Assembly: GCA_965199495.1 (NCBI GenBank) | Contig: CBDASK010000003.1 | Location: forward strand, 1,152,001 to 1,216,000 | Reading direction: 5' to 3' | DNA from: Abditibacterium sp. | Lineage (GTDB): Bacteria > Armatimonadota > Abditibacteriia > Abditibacteriales > Abditibacteriaceae | DNA: 64,000 bases | Shown: positions 1-10,300 of the stretch, piece by piece | How the letters are laid out: each line of letters opens with the position of its first letter | Numbering within the stretch: the stretch's first letter is position 1 | Made by a program: the position numbers and the translations under genes | The notes under the pieces: generated by a model | The model's database searches: none | The model's input: only the letters and a program-made list of their open reading frames with translations | Told to the model about the DNA's origin: nothing

Positions 1-239
1 AAAGTCTCAATAGCAGGAATAACTTTATAGAAGCCTTCTTCCCAAAGGACATCTAACCATGCAACGTGAGGTCGCGCTCTGAAGAATTCGCGTCTCAAAT
101 CTTTCTTCTGACGTAACACGTCCAAAGTCACTGCCAACGCGGCAGCATCCGACCGGGGACTACTCTGTTGGGCATAGTCGGTCAGAATAGCTGTTTGTGT
201 ATGGAACGTTACCTGATGCGTATTTTCAGATTTAGACAT
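1..239 (-). CDS. Partial CDS running off the left edge; possible helical sensor-like partner of the upstream STAND NTPase
   Basis: Not in the ORF track. Translated by hand from ATG 239: MSKSENTHQVTFHTQTAILTDYAQQSSPRSDAAALAVTLDVLRQKKDLRREFFRARPHVAWLDVLWEEGFYKVIPAIET, open to the edge. Start overlaps the upstream stop by 8 nt. Confidence 0.7.
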   Translation of the reverse strand, partial: MSKSENTHQVTFHTQTAILTDYAQQSSPRSDAAALAVTLDVLRQKKDLRREFFRARPHVAWLDVLWEEGFYKVIPAIET

Positions 240-1461
240 CGAAAATTCTCCTTAATCTCGCTTCGCGCGTGGGGTCTTCTAACTCGTCAACTTTGGCAAT
301 TTTTTCCATCCACACTATAACATTCTGTGCTCTAAAAATTCCTAATGCACTGGAAATATCGCTCTCGTTCATTCCATCTTTCAGAGCATTGGTGGCGTAA
401 ACGAAGTTTTGCAAATTTTCATGCGAGAAGATGCAGATTCGAGAATTTTGCGAACGTCGTCGAATGAATCCTTCGCTAATTAGCCGGTTGTGGTGTTTGT
501 TTTCTGGATCATCTAATCGAAAAGTGCCCTCTGGCGATTTGAGAGTTTTAGCCGCTAACAGACTCAATTCAGCCATCAACGCATCTCCTGATTCTGTATG
601 TTGGCGTTGGAAAACGTCAAGCCTCGCCTTCCACAGCATCACGTCATTAGTCAAATTACTGAAGTCGAAATCAGGATTTTTCTGATGAATAGCGGCTATC
701 AGCGAAAGGTTTAATAGGTTCCTCCCCAACTCCACCACTTCCTCCGAAGAATTTATAATTTTTAGCTTTTTGAAATATGGCAATGAGTCGAGTAGTTGAA
801 TGCTTTCGACCCTATGAAATGAGCGACTATCCACGAGAGGAGCCAGCAATGCCTCCTCTCGAACTTCCTTTTGCCGTGAGATGACAACGACATGTATGCC
901 CAAGCTGTGGCAATCCAAAGCAGTCTGGATGATTTCTCTCCCAGCAGCAGAACCCGCGATATTATCAACTTGGTCGAAGACAAGCAAGAAATCCATATTT
1001 GGCTCTTGCCATTCCTTGGTGATTTCCAAGCACGCTCGACTTAGGGAGAGATTTCCCAAAGAGAGATAATTCTGTAAATCCACTGAATTGCTCACGCCAT
1101 AGAAGTTACGGCAATCGAGCATTAATCGAGGTTGTTTTCGCTTTTCAGCGCCATCCATAAGTAGAAATCCCAAACCACTTTTGCCTGTCCCAGAATCTCC
1201 CACGATTAAAGCAGACTGTCCTCTCTTGAAAGCACTCTCAACATCATTGACTTCATCACGCATGATCAAATCTAAGCCCTCAATGAATGGTCGGCTATTG
1301 CGCGTTGCGCGGATATTTCTGTCCTCAAAAGTCTCCCAAATAGAAGACATGATGTTAATATAAACTTTGGAGTTATCGCCTGTAACAACGGGGCTGTTAT
1401 TGAGGTCACCATTGATATTGACTGTTCTGTTGTTCATTGGATTTTCGATGAAGACATTCAC
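232..1461 (-). CDS. Short STAND/AAA-type NTPase (Avs-like NTPase module) without an enzymatic effector
   Basis: Walker A GDSGTGKS, Walker B LLVFDQVD, winged-helix-like FSHENLQNF motif; N/G/V-rich N-terminal ~35 aa. Confidence 0.75.
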   Translation of the reverse strand: MNVFIENPMNNRTVNINGDLNNSPVVTGDNSKVYINIMSSIWETFEDRNIRATRNSRPFIEGLDLIMRDEVNDVESAFKRGQSALIVGDSGTGKSGLGFLLMDGAEKRKQPRLMLDCRNFYGVSNSVDLQNYLSLGNLSLSRACLEITKEWQEPNMDFLLVFDQVDNIAGSAAGREIIQTALDCHSLGIHVVVISRQKEVREEALLAPLVDSRSFHRVESIQLLDSLPYFKKLKIINSSEEVVELGRNLLNLSLIAAIHQKNPDFDFSNLTNDVMLWKARLDVFQRQHTESGDALMAELSLLAAKTLKSPEGTFRLDDPENKHHNRLISEGFIRRRSQNSRICIFSHENLQNFVYATNALKDGMNESDISSALGIFRAQNVIVWMEKIAKVDELEDPTREARLRRIFDV

Positions 1462-1474
1462 ATATTAATGCTGC

Positions 1475-4400
1475 CTAACGTCTGTCCCACTCTGTCAGTA
1501 GGTTTTGAGCAACACCGACATTTTGCTCCATCAGTTGATCGAAGGTTTTCAAGGCTCTTTCTCTCCAATCGTCGCTACAAAGCGGATCGGTATATACACG
1601 TAAGGCTAAGCGCATCCAGTCCTCGGATAAGTAGAATCGGTTCTTCTCCTGGTATGTATTGGACAGACTTTTCTCCAAAAGAAAAAGCATATCTTCCGGC
1701 TGTGCCTCGCAAATAGACCATAAGAAGTCGCGCCAACCATCCAATCCATCAAACAGCGATTTTGAATCAGCGAACGAAGTGGCAAAATCGTAAATCGCGT
1801 CGGGCGGAAGATTCACTTGATTCTTAGTGACCCGTCTGAAGACGCTTGCCACTATCTGTCTAACTTTTTCGTTCTCGTCATTCAGAAGCAACTTTAGCCA
1901 CTGAAGACACTCATCTGCCGCAGCACTTGTGAGATTATTGACCGCGATATTAGCCACTGCCAAACGCCACGGAACACGCCCACTTACACAACGATTAGCA
2001 ATAGCACGCACTTCATTCCGAACAGAATCACTTTCAAGAACTAACGGAGATATTGTGGCGATACAAACTAATTCTGCGCCACTTTGGGCGCATTCATCGT
2101 CGTGAGGTGAAGTATTAAGTTCGCGTTCTCGCTTTACATGGGAAGACCAATCTCTCATGCTATCTCTGCCTAAAATTGCGTTAGAAGGCCGAGTCTCCGG
2201 CTCCGGTATCACCGTCGCTTTCGTTGGGTTTTCCGCCCCTTGATTCATCATCTTTTCTATATGCGGCAACAATACCTGCAATTGACCGTTCATTGCCCAG
2301 TAGATAAATTCTCGAGTCGCGCCAGCACGCAATATCTCTGGGCGACCTCTCACTGATTGTTGGAAAAGCGTAGTCGCTTCTCCTTTACAGTTTTGGAGAT
2401 GATATTTCAATTCCTCAATGCCAGCGACACGCATTACAGGTGACGGATCTTGCGCAACAAACTCCAGTAACTTCCAGCGACGCTCCTCGTAAATCACCGA
2501 ATTCCGGTTGTCGAAAATTCTCATCAAGGTTTGAAAAGCAATTCCCCTTTCGTTGTTGATGACGGCGTTGTGTGAGTCTTGAGCTGAATGCGTGACCAAT
2601 CGTTCTCTTTCTTTTTGAAAATCGTCATCTAAGTCGATCTCGCCATGAGGCAAGCCACGCACATAGCTTTCCAGCAAGTCGATTAAGTCTGGTGGCAAAA
2701 TCTCTATGCGCTTTTCCAAATTCCAAGCTAAATAGCGACGTGTCTCAGCCCATGACAGCATTCCTCCCTTTCCGTATCCCTGAATGCCTGGGGACGGTGC
2801 CAAAAGCCTAACTGCTTCAAAAAACCAATCAACAGGCGCGACAAAGGGCGAAATCAACTGCTCGTGAGTTGACGATTGATTTGTTTTCTCTTCCACCTCT
2901 TCCTGCAGAAGAATATTACGTTCTTCGAGAGGCTTTGTCGCCCCAGAGAAACCCTCCATAAAAGCGTGTCGGTAAGGTAAATCCAGAGATTTATATTCAC
3001 CCGAATCTTGAAGGCGGGTGAGCAAATTCTTGAAGCGTTGCGGCTGAGCGACAATGCTATCTACTAAGGCGCCCGAAAAGGAATTGCGCTGTTCAGCAAT
3101 GTCACGCGCATCGAGTGAGTCAACGGGCTTATTCCATGTAATATGAAATATGTCGAGCCACTGCCGATCAGATATTTTCAGGGCTTTATCGAGTGGCAAA
3201 GCCATACGATTTCTCATTGACCGAAAAATGCTGGGAGAAGTTTCAGCTTCTGCTTCAGGGAATTTCCGCCGCAACTCGCGCACAACGGCACGCGCGTTAT
3301 CACTCCGCAGTTCCGGTGCAAATGCTTCCAAGTGCAGTAATTCCTCTTCGCCTCGAAATTTGAGCATATGTCGCCCGTTTCCATACCAACGCCTGACATC
3401 ACGCGAACACTCGATAAGAAACTCTTGCAACTCTTCGCGTGTTTCTATCGAAAGATTTGGGCTGATGAGCGTGATTAGATGCCTCGAATCGAACACCTTG
3501 CGGTCTCCTATTCTCAATCGGCGACTATCTCCCATCAGGTAGAGAGCAGCTTCTTCCCCCAGTAATTCCGGAGAAAGCTGAAAAGTGTGCACCAGTATTT
3601 GGTGCATGGACAAACGCTCCCAAACTGCTATTCGCCCCATCCACTGTTGAAACAACGCGCGATTACTTGTGGCAAGTTGGACTAACGCATTGGCTACGCC
3701 TTCCACAATGAAGTGGCGCACACAGTGTCCACTGCCATGCCAAATCTCATAGATTTCGTCATCACCGTAATGGTAACGGGATTCAGTGTGCTTGTTAGTA
3801 GTTCCCAACGCCCTTTCAATCCAAGGCACAATTTGGTTAATGAATTCTTCTGGTTCGAGTGTAGGCAACTCTTCAAACAGATCATGAGCAGAACTACCAT
3901 TCAGAATCTCAAGTCGTTCTGACAGCGAGTAGGTTTGGAGCCGTAACAATTCATGTGAACTATCGGGATATTTTGACTCCGTGCGATGAGCATTGAATAC
4001 CGCCAGTAATCCATCCAAGATAATACGAGTGACGCGACACGCGGCAGCAGGATCGAACTTCATTAGCTCTTTCAAACTCCACATATTTCCAACCATCAAT
4101 TTTTCTCCTCGCGCTAAGACAGTATTAATTTTGGTAGAGATAACGGTTTCGAGTAAAGTAACGGCAGACTTCGACTTCCACTCACCAATGTTACCCAGCC
4201 ACCCTTCCAAACGTTCGTTCCAAGCATCACTTCGCCCAACGAAGGAAGTAAGTAATTCTGCCACATCATCTTGTGCTACATGATTCATCGAACTCAGATA
4301 ACGGAACACCACGTGGTTCAGAAATTCATCCTCTGACAATTGTAACCATGAAGGAAGTAATGATTTTTTGACGCGGAGGAACCAACCCAAATTGTTCCCC

Positions 4401-6124
4401 ATCCAAGGTAACAATTCATCGCGCTGAGTTGATGAATTTAATAATCGCTGTGCAACACGCCATTCGCCTTCGGTGGGATCGCGTAAGGCACCAAACCAAC
4501 TTCTCAACAATGTTTTCAGATGTTGTCGCAGAGAAGGTGAAGATAATAGTTGTTGAAGCTGGACTAAATAAGCATCAGGGTCGCTGCCTCTCAAGTAAGC
4601 AATGGTCTGGAGCATTTGAGGACGAGCGTATAAAGATTGATCGCCCTCTAAGATAAATGCCGTCAGATCGCCTCGATTTTCTACAAACGATTTAGCGACA
4701 CAGAAGTCTATGAACGTTTGGTGTAGAAATGCCCATTCATTACCCGCTTCCACTAAGATTCCAACACTCGCTAACCATCTCACTGAAGATTCCAGATCGC
4801 GGTTTTCAGGCTGCGAGAAGAGGGAGCGTGGAGCAGAAGTTTTCCGATTTTCTCTCATATACTCTGCAACTTTCTCAACAGCCGCTTCTCTTTCTGCAAT
4901 AGGAGGCGCTCCAGACTCCTCACGACGCAAGACGGAGTTCCATAACAAACGATACAAATCTTGGAGTGTCGTGACTCCATAGCCTAAATCAGCCACAGAC
5001 TGCGTAATGTTCTTTGACGATTTCTCAAGCGCGGTGATAAAAATATCGAGGTGCAATGGCACTCGCAGCAGTTCGCGAGTAGAAGTGGAAAGCGAATTCC
5101 AGTCCAGCCCTTGGTTCTGGATGAAGGGGCGAACATCTTCCTCGTTCAACAGAGGAATATCGAAGGTGCTGCAAATCGCCAGATGACGCAGACGCGTATC
5201 AGAGTGCAAATCGAAAGTGCGACAGGATATAAGAATGCGAACTTTTGGTATTTCTTTGAGACGAGCGACTACTTCCAAAATAATATCCATCGCGCGTTGG
5301 TCACGGGATAAAGATAAAGATAAGGCATCGAGTTGATCAACTATAACAAGGACAGGGCCATTAGCAGCCAATCGACTCACAACTTCTTCCAGAGAGGTAG
5401 GTAAGTTCAAAGAGATGGCAAGGTCTTCCGGTATCTGAACACCTGCGAGTTGTTGGTCAGATTTTATTGCTAAGACGCATCCCCAATCCTTTTCCAGAGT
5501 GAGCATTACGTCGCGCGCAACACTGGTTTTCCCCATACCTGCACCATCAAGCAAAACGCCGATACGAGAATTTCCTTTTTCTTGCGCGTTCGATGAAAGC
5601 TCTGACTCGCTAATTTTGGCCCATTCCACTATTTTGCTAACCACATCTCGTGAGATAGCCTTTCCACTTTGTCCAACGGTGTGTTTGTGACTACGTAGAA
5701 GGGCGCCACAATTATGAGCACTGTCCCGCAGTTGTTCCAGTGAAATAGGCTCAGAGTCCTTTGAGAATTCGCTCTTTCCGATGGAAATACGCGCTTTTTC
5801 TTCGGCGTCAGTCTTCCATTGTTGCAAAACAGGAACAGGATGACGACTGACGTCATTGTCTATGTGCTTAGCACAGTTCTGACACAGCCAGATGCCATTG
5901 CCAATATCTTTTCTTTGTTCTGAGGTTAGGTTTGAATCATAACGTGGGCCACCCACTGCCGCTGCCGTGATATGAGCGCCTACGCCGACATTAACTGATT
6001 TGCTCTCATCATCTTGGGGGCCACAAGTTAATGCACGACAATCGGGATTAGAACATTTTTGTCCAACCCTGTCCGCCATTATACGCACAATCGAAGGAGG
6101 AAAATTATCTCTCTTTGACATCAT
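1475..6124 (-). CDS. HNH nuclease-STAND NTPase, Avs2/Avs4-like antiphage sensor-effector
   Basis: N-terminal CSNPDC..GAHITAA..GGPRYD..NGIWLCQNCAKHID (Zn-HNH); Walker A DGAGMGKT; Walker B VIVDQLDALS; FLHQTFIDF; long helical C-terminus. Start moved to ATG 6124 behind AGAGG. Confidence 0.8.
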   Translation of the reverse strand: MMSKRDNFPPSIVRIMADRVGQKCSNPDCRALTCGPQDDESKSVNVGVGAHITAAAVGGPRYDSNLTSEQRKDIGNGIWLCQNCAKHIDNDVSRHPVPVLQQWKTDAEEKARISIGKSEFSKDSEPISLEQLRDSAHNCGALLRSHKHTVGQSGKAISRDVVSKIVEWAKISESELSSNAQEKGNSRIGVLLDGAGMGKTSVARDVMLTLEKDWGCVLAIKSDQQLAGVQIPEDLAISLNLPTSLEEVVSRLAANGPVLVIVDQLDALSLSLSRDQRAMDIILEVVARLKEIPKVRILISCRTFDLHSDTRLRHLAICSTFDIPLLNEEDVRPFIQNQGLDWNSLSTSTRELLRVPLHLDIFITALEKSSKNITQSVADLGYGVTTLQDLYRLLWNSVLRREESGAPPIAEREAAVEKVAEYMRENRKTSAPRSLFSQPENRDLESSVRWLASVGILVEAGNEWAFLHQTFIDFCVAKSFVENRGDLTAFILEGDQSLYARPQMLQTIAYLRGSDPDAYLVQLQQLLSSPSLRQHLKTLLRSWFGALRDPTEGEWRVAQRLLNSSTQRDELLPWMGNNLGWFLRVKKSLLPSWLQLSEDEFLNHVVFRYLSSMNHVAQDDVAELLTSFVGRSDAWNERLEGWLGNIGEWKSKSAVTLLETVISTKINTVLARGEKLMVGNMWSLKELMKFDPAAACRVTRIILDGLLAVFNAHRTESKYPDSSHELLRLQTYSLSERLEILNGSSAHDLFEELPTLEPEEFINQIVPWIERALGTTNKHTESRYHYGDDEIYEIWHGSGHCVRHFIVEGVANALVQLATSNRALFQQWMGRIAVWERLSMHQILVHTFQLSPELLGEEAALYLMGDSRRLRIGDRKVFDSRHLITLISPNLSIETREELQEFLIECSRDVRRWYGNGRHMLKFRGEEELLHLEAFAPELRSDNARAVVRELRRKFPEAEAETSPSIFRSMRNRMALPLDKALKISDRQWLDIFHITWNKPVDSLDARDIAEQRNSFSGALVDSIVAQPQRFKNLLTRLQDSGEYKSLDLPYRHAFMEGFSGATKPLEERNILLQEEVEEKTNQSSTHEQLISPFVAPVDWFFEAVRLLAPSPGIQGYGKGGMLSWAETRRYLAWNLEKRIEILPPDLIDLLESYVRGLPHGEIDLDDDFQKERERLVTHSAQDSHNAVINNERGIAFQTLMRIFDNRNSVIYEERRWKLLEFVAQDPSPVMRVAGIEELKYHLQNCKGEATTLFQQSVRGRPEILRAGATREFIYWAMNGQLQVLLPHIEKMMNQGAENPTKATVIPEPETRPSNAILGRDSMRDWSSHVKRERELNTSPHDDECAQSGAELVCIATISPLVLESDSVRNEVRAIANRCVSGRVPWRLAVANIAVNNLTSAAADECLQWLKLLLNDENEKVRQIVASVFRRVTKNQVNLPPDAIYDFATSFADSKSLFDGLDGWRDFLWSICEAQPEDMLFLLEKSLSNTYQEKNRFYLSEDWMRLALRVYTDPLCSDDWRERALKTFDQLMEQNVGVAQNLLTEWDRR

Positions 6125-6145
6125 AAAGTAGCCTCTGTGATTCAA

Positions 6146-6290
6146 TCATCCAAATCATTCAGGATACATCTCTATAATTTTGCACTTCATTCAAGTCAGC
6201 AATGGTGCGCGAAAAGTTGAGAATTCGGTCGTAGTCCCACTCCGACTAAAAAACTGCACGACAGAGGTTTTGAGCAAATCTTTGTTTTGC
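6146..6290 (-). pseudogene. comM: Decayed comM/yifB 3' end fragment (third copy)
   Basis: Frameshifted translation gives KDLLKT..QF and YDRILNFSRTIADL, matching the C-terminus of the copies at 13794 and 44495; ends in tcatccaaa like 44495. Confidence 0.75.
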
Positions 6291-6488
6291 TCATAATCCC
6301 AATCCTTATTCTAAAGAACGACAAACAAAGTTATATATTGGGTGGTCTTCTAATCACGAAAGAGCGAGCGAATACCGGGCCTGCTGAAGATGTGCCTACG
6401 TCTGACAACACCAATTTCTGATTTGGGAAATTATTAGTGTCCGAGACTTTTACAACCTCTTCAACAGAACATGACCACGCGGAACTTA

Positions 6489-7367
6489 GAGTCTGTGCTC
6501 GAAAGGAGTCATTTTCTACCATTCGGGTTCCAAGGTATGCAGTATTTTATCGATCATGGCCCATAGCATCCAAGCTCGGCTGAGATAAGTGTGGCCTTCG
6601 TAGTCTTTGCTTAATGCTTAAGCGCCGGTAGTAATTCATCCAGCCAAAGCTGCGTTCCACAACCCAGCGCACGGGCAATACCTCGAAGCCCTCTGCTCCG
6701 TCGTTGCGCTTAACGATTTCCACCTCGAAGCCAAACTGCCGCTCCATCTTCTCCTGCCACCCCCGACCCGCAAAGCCGCCATCGGCCCACATCACATCCA
6801 ATGACGCGCACATCGACTGCCCAACTATGCGCCAGAATCTCGCCTCGGCTCCTGCGCGTTCGGGCACACTGGCAGGTAAAACTAAAACTTCAAGCCAGTA
6901 GCCCAGAGTGTCCACCACAACAAAGCGCTTGCGTCCGCTCAGGCGTTTGGCTCCATCATAGCCGCGTTGTAGCAAACAGGAGTGCCCCCTTTTGATACCA
7001 CTTTGACGCTCTGACTATCTGTGATAGCGGCTGTAGGTGTTGCTTTTTGCCGTGGAATGTGCGCACTTCTTTGTGGAGCGAGGTATAAAGTTTGTCTAAC
7101 ACGCCGTTCCAGGCCCGGCGATGGTAGCAAGAATACACCGTGCTCCAATTAGGAAGATCATGGGGCAAGTTATGCCATTGACATCCGGTGCGCGCGATAT
7201 ACAAGATGGCGTTGACAATCTCGCGTCTATCCACGCTCGAACGACGCCCTCTGGCGCTTTCGACGTAAGGCCGCACCTCGGCCCACTGTTCATCTGTCAA
7301 ATCGGTATCGTAAGAGCGGCGCATCACAACTCAATTTGACTCCATTACTCCTTTCGAGCACAGACTC
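6489..7367. mobile_element. IS5-family insertion sequence, 879 bp
   Basis: Perfect 21-bp terminal inverted repeats GAGTCTGTGCTCGAAAGGAGT (6489-6509 / 7347-7367), flanked by TA (6487-6488, 7368-7369). Confidence 0.9.
6516..7324 (-). pseudogene. IS5-family transposase, frameshifted
   Basis: Split over several frames: YDTDLTDEQW..RTGCQWHNLPHD (DUF4096-like), TDSQSVK, GYDGAKRLSGRKR..VDTLG..WADGGF..RWVVERSFGW. A 7-bp duplication (6608-6621) breaks the RLSKDYE motif. Confidence 0.85.
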
Positions 7368-10300
7368 TATGAAATGTATGTTGTGGACCAAAATATCACT
7401 GGATTTTGCAAGTAGCTTTGCAATCGATCCCATAGATCGGGGCGCATCAATAGTTCGCAGCCGATAAAACGTGGGCACTGCTCGTCCATTCCACTTCCAA
7501 TAGAACGCACAGACCAATGACGAAAGACAATGCCGATGTCGCCAGAATCATCGACAAGATGAAGTCTTTTCGGCCAATTGCCAGGCGACAAGCCAAGCCA
7601 CGCCGCAATCTGTGGAGAGAGAGACAAAATCCAACTCTCCCCTAACGTATCTTGGATTTCATCCAGCCCCACGATGCCGCCGCATCGAGAAGGATGCAAG
7701 TGCCCGTGTTGTGCAATTGCATCGTCAGAGCCAATGAACCAATCCTGCGGGTCACCTTGAATGAAGGGATATCCGTTCGCTGAGGGCAAGTCGGATGGCC
7801 CACGCGAAATTAGGGCACCTTGTAAAGTCCTGATCGAGGAAGATAGATACTGCTCGGAGTAAGATGTAACATCACTACCAAGTTCTTCTTCGATAGCAGC
7901 CAGTCTGATCCAGCCATTGAAGACAGAATTTTCTTGAACGGCGTTGGGAGTTGCAAGCAGTTCCACTTCTTGGCTCGAAACAGCGTAAAGCTTTCGGGGA
8001 AGCGGTAAAAACGGACGGGGAATCCGGCTGTTCCAAAGAGAAGTATGTAATCGTATGGAGGAAGTAACTCGTTGAAGTAGCCCCAGTGTAGATTCCGGTG
8101 CCCAAAGCCCCTGACGCACTAAATGGTTGTCAATGTTGTCGAGTAATTCTTGGAAGCTCGCTTCATATATCTCTTGATGCCACCAAAAACACCGAGTTGT
8201 CGGAGCATGGGGATGAACGCGGCTCTTGGCGGATTTCATCAACTCGCCGTCTCTGATTTGGTGTCTTTTGCTGGCGTGGCTTTGTCCCTGCCAAATAGAT
8301 TCGAAATGTTGGATTACAAGAGATGGAAAGTCGGGCCAAACTCTCTTGATTGTATTCGCACGATTGCCCCAATCCAAAGCTGCAATCTTATTCTCAAGAC
8401 GAGGATCGAGAGTCGGCACGTGGTCTACGTGATCCGACAGGAAAGGTAAGTGAGATTTCACTTGGGTAAATCTTTCTAACAGAAGATTCGCCGTGGCTCG
8501 CAGAGCGAAGTGTTTGCATTGTCGCAGCGCAGACAGCTCGTCATACAGAAACTCCGTGATAGGATATGGTTCAATTTCGCTGTTCCAGAGAATTTGCAGA
8601 CAGTGAATCGCCGTTGTTCCATTGATATCGGATTTGAGTAACTCCTTGATCGGAATTTTTAAAGTCAATGGGGCGGTCTGCAAAACGGCACAGACGCCAA
8701 CACAAGCCGCTTGACGCCTTTTATATTCGGGATGACCTAATCGAACCAACAAAAGAAAACTCAGCGCTTCATCAGGTGTCCATTTCGGGACTTGTTGCGG
8801 TTCATAAACCGCAAATGTGCGGTAGCCGGATCCGATGTCAGGTAATCGGGTTTCCAGAACGCGACAAACCTCCTCCCAGGCATCAAAAGCTAAGTTGGGA
8901 TTTTGGTGCCGCGCGCAGAACTTGATGAGGTTTTGTGCCATACCATTAAGATATTCCTTATTGGCGTAGAAGGCGACCTCATTAAATAACACCTCGAAGG
9001 CGACCGGAGAATTTAAATCCCTGGCTTGAAGTAACCAAGATTCAAACTCATTTCCTCCCAGGAATTGGTAGCCGCCCTCGCTGCGCGAACTTGCGTAAGC
9101 CAATGCGAAGGCCACGGCTGCCAGCCATATTTTGCCATAGCGTAAGAAGCCTTCTCCCAAGTGTCCCAGAGGAGTTGCGCCATGATAGAACAGATTCTCG
9201 CGTGCAAAGTGGCGAAGTAGTCTTAGCACCTCGCCCTCGCCCTCACCCTCACCATCATCTTCAGCCAAAGCCAATAGACGATATCCGAAAGCATTGACAA
9301 AATTATCCCAGTGCCCACTTTCCTCTTTGGAGTTGTAAGAATGAAACGAACGGAAAATCGACACCAAATCCGCAGGAGTCGCGTTTGGAGGAAAAACTGG
9401 CTCCCATACAGGCTTTTTTGTTCCTTCCAAAGAAGATTGATGCGCAGGCGGTGAGGGTTGTGAATTCTCACTGGCTTGTGCCTCGCTCACTTCTACTTCT
9501 TCGAACTCATTCTCAGGAGGTAAAATAATGTTCCACTGCGCTGCGAACTCTCGAACAAGTTCAAGAGCCTCTAAGGGACGGCTTGGGCCATCGCCTTCGG
9601 CTTGGGCCAAAAAGTTTTCTGTAGCGCGTTCACCCCATTCGTTATGGACTTGACTGCCACGGCCCTTCTCCATCAAACAGCTCAGTGTTTCCAAGCGACT
9701 TTGGGCCTCTCTCTTCACGTCATCACCATATTCGCGGGAGAGAGCAGGAAAAGGGCGAGTGGCGTCCAGAAAGGTGACAATCAGTGGGTCACAGTCGTCT
9801 CGCTTGCGAGCCTCGTCCAAAACAGATCCGAGGGCCTCATTCAGCATCCAACCGGTCTGATCATCGTCTTGACGCAGAGTTTGAGCCATAACATGGACGG
9901 CGCCGACAAAATCAACGCGCAATAGGGCTTCGAGCCACGAAATCGGCAGACGATTAGTGCTACGGCCATCCGTATGCTTCACCACTGCATCGGGTAAACG
10001 TTGCACACGACAGCACAGACTTTTAGCGCGTTCACCATCGAGATCGGCCAAAAGCGTTAATGGATCGAGGATTTCGTAGAGGGAAATGTCTTTGCGAAAT
10101 CCATACGCCGAAAGAAACTGAGCAGACTTCTCCCAAGCTGTGCTTGCTTCTTCGACACGCTCTGTCGCTAAGAGCGCGCGAACCCTCCAAAATTCATTCT
10201 CGGCGTGCGTCTCATAGTATTGACTATGCTGTTGCCAATCATCGGCCAGTCCTAACAAAAATCTCAGAGCCGATTCTTTGAGTTGAGGCTCATTGGCTAA

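Noticed and set aside
6331..6522. 63-aa ORF
   Set aside because: Crosses the IS5 end, so it is a chimeric artefact
9229..9255. Hexamer microsatellite encoding GEGEGE
   Set aside because: Short in-frame linker repeat with no evidence of phase variation
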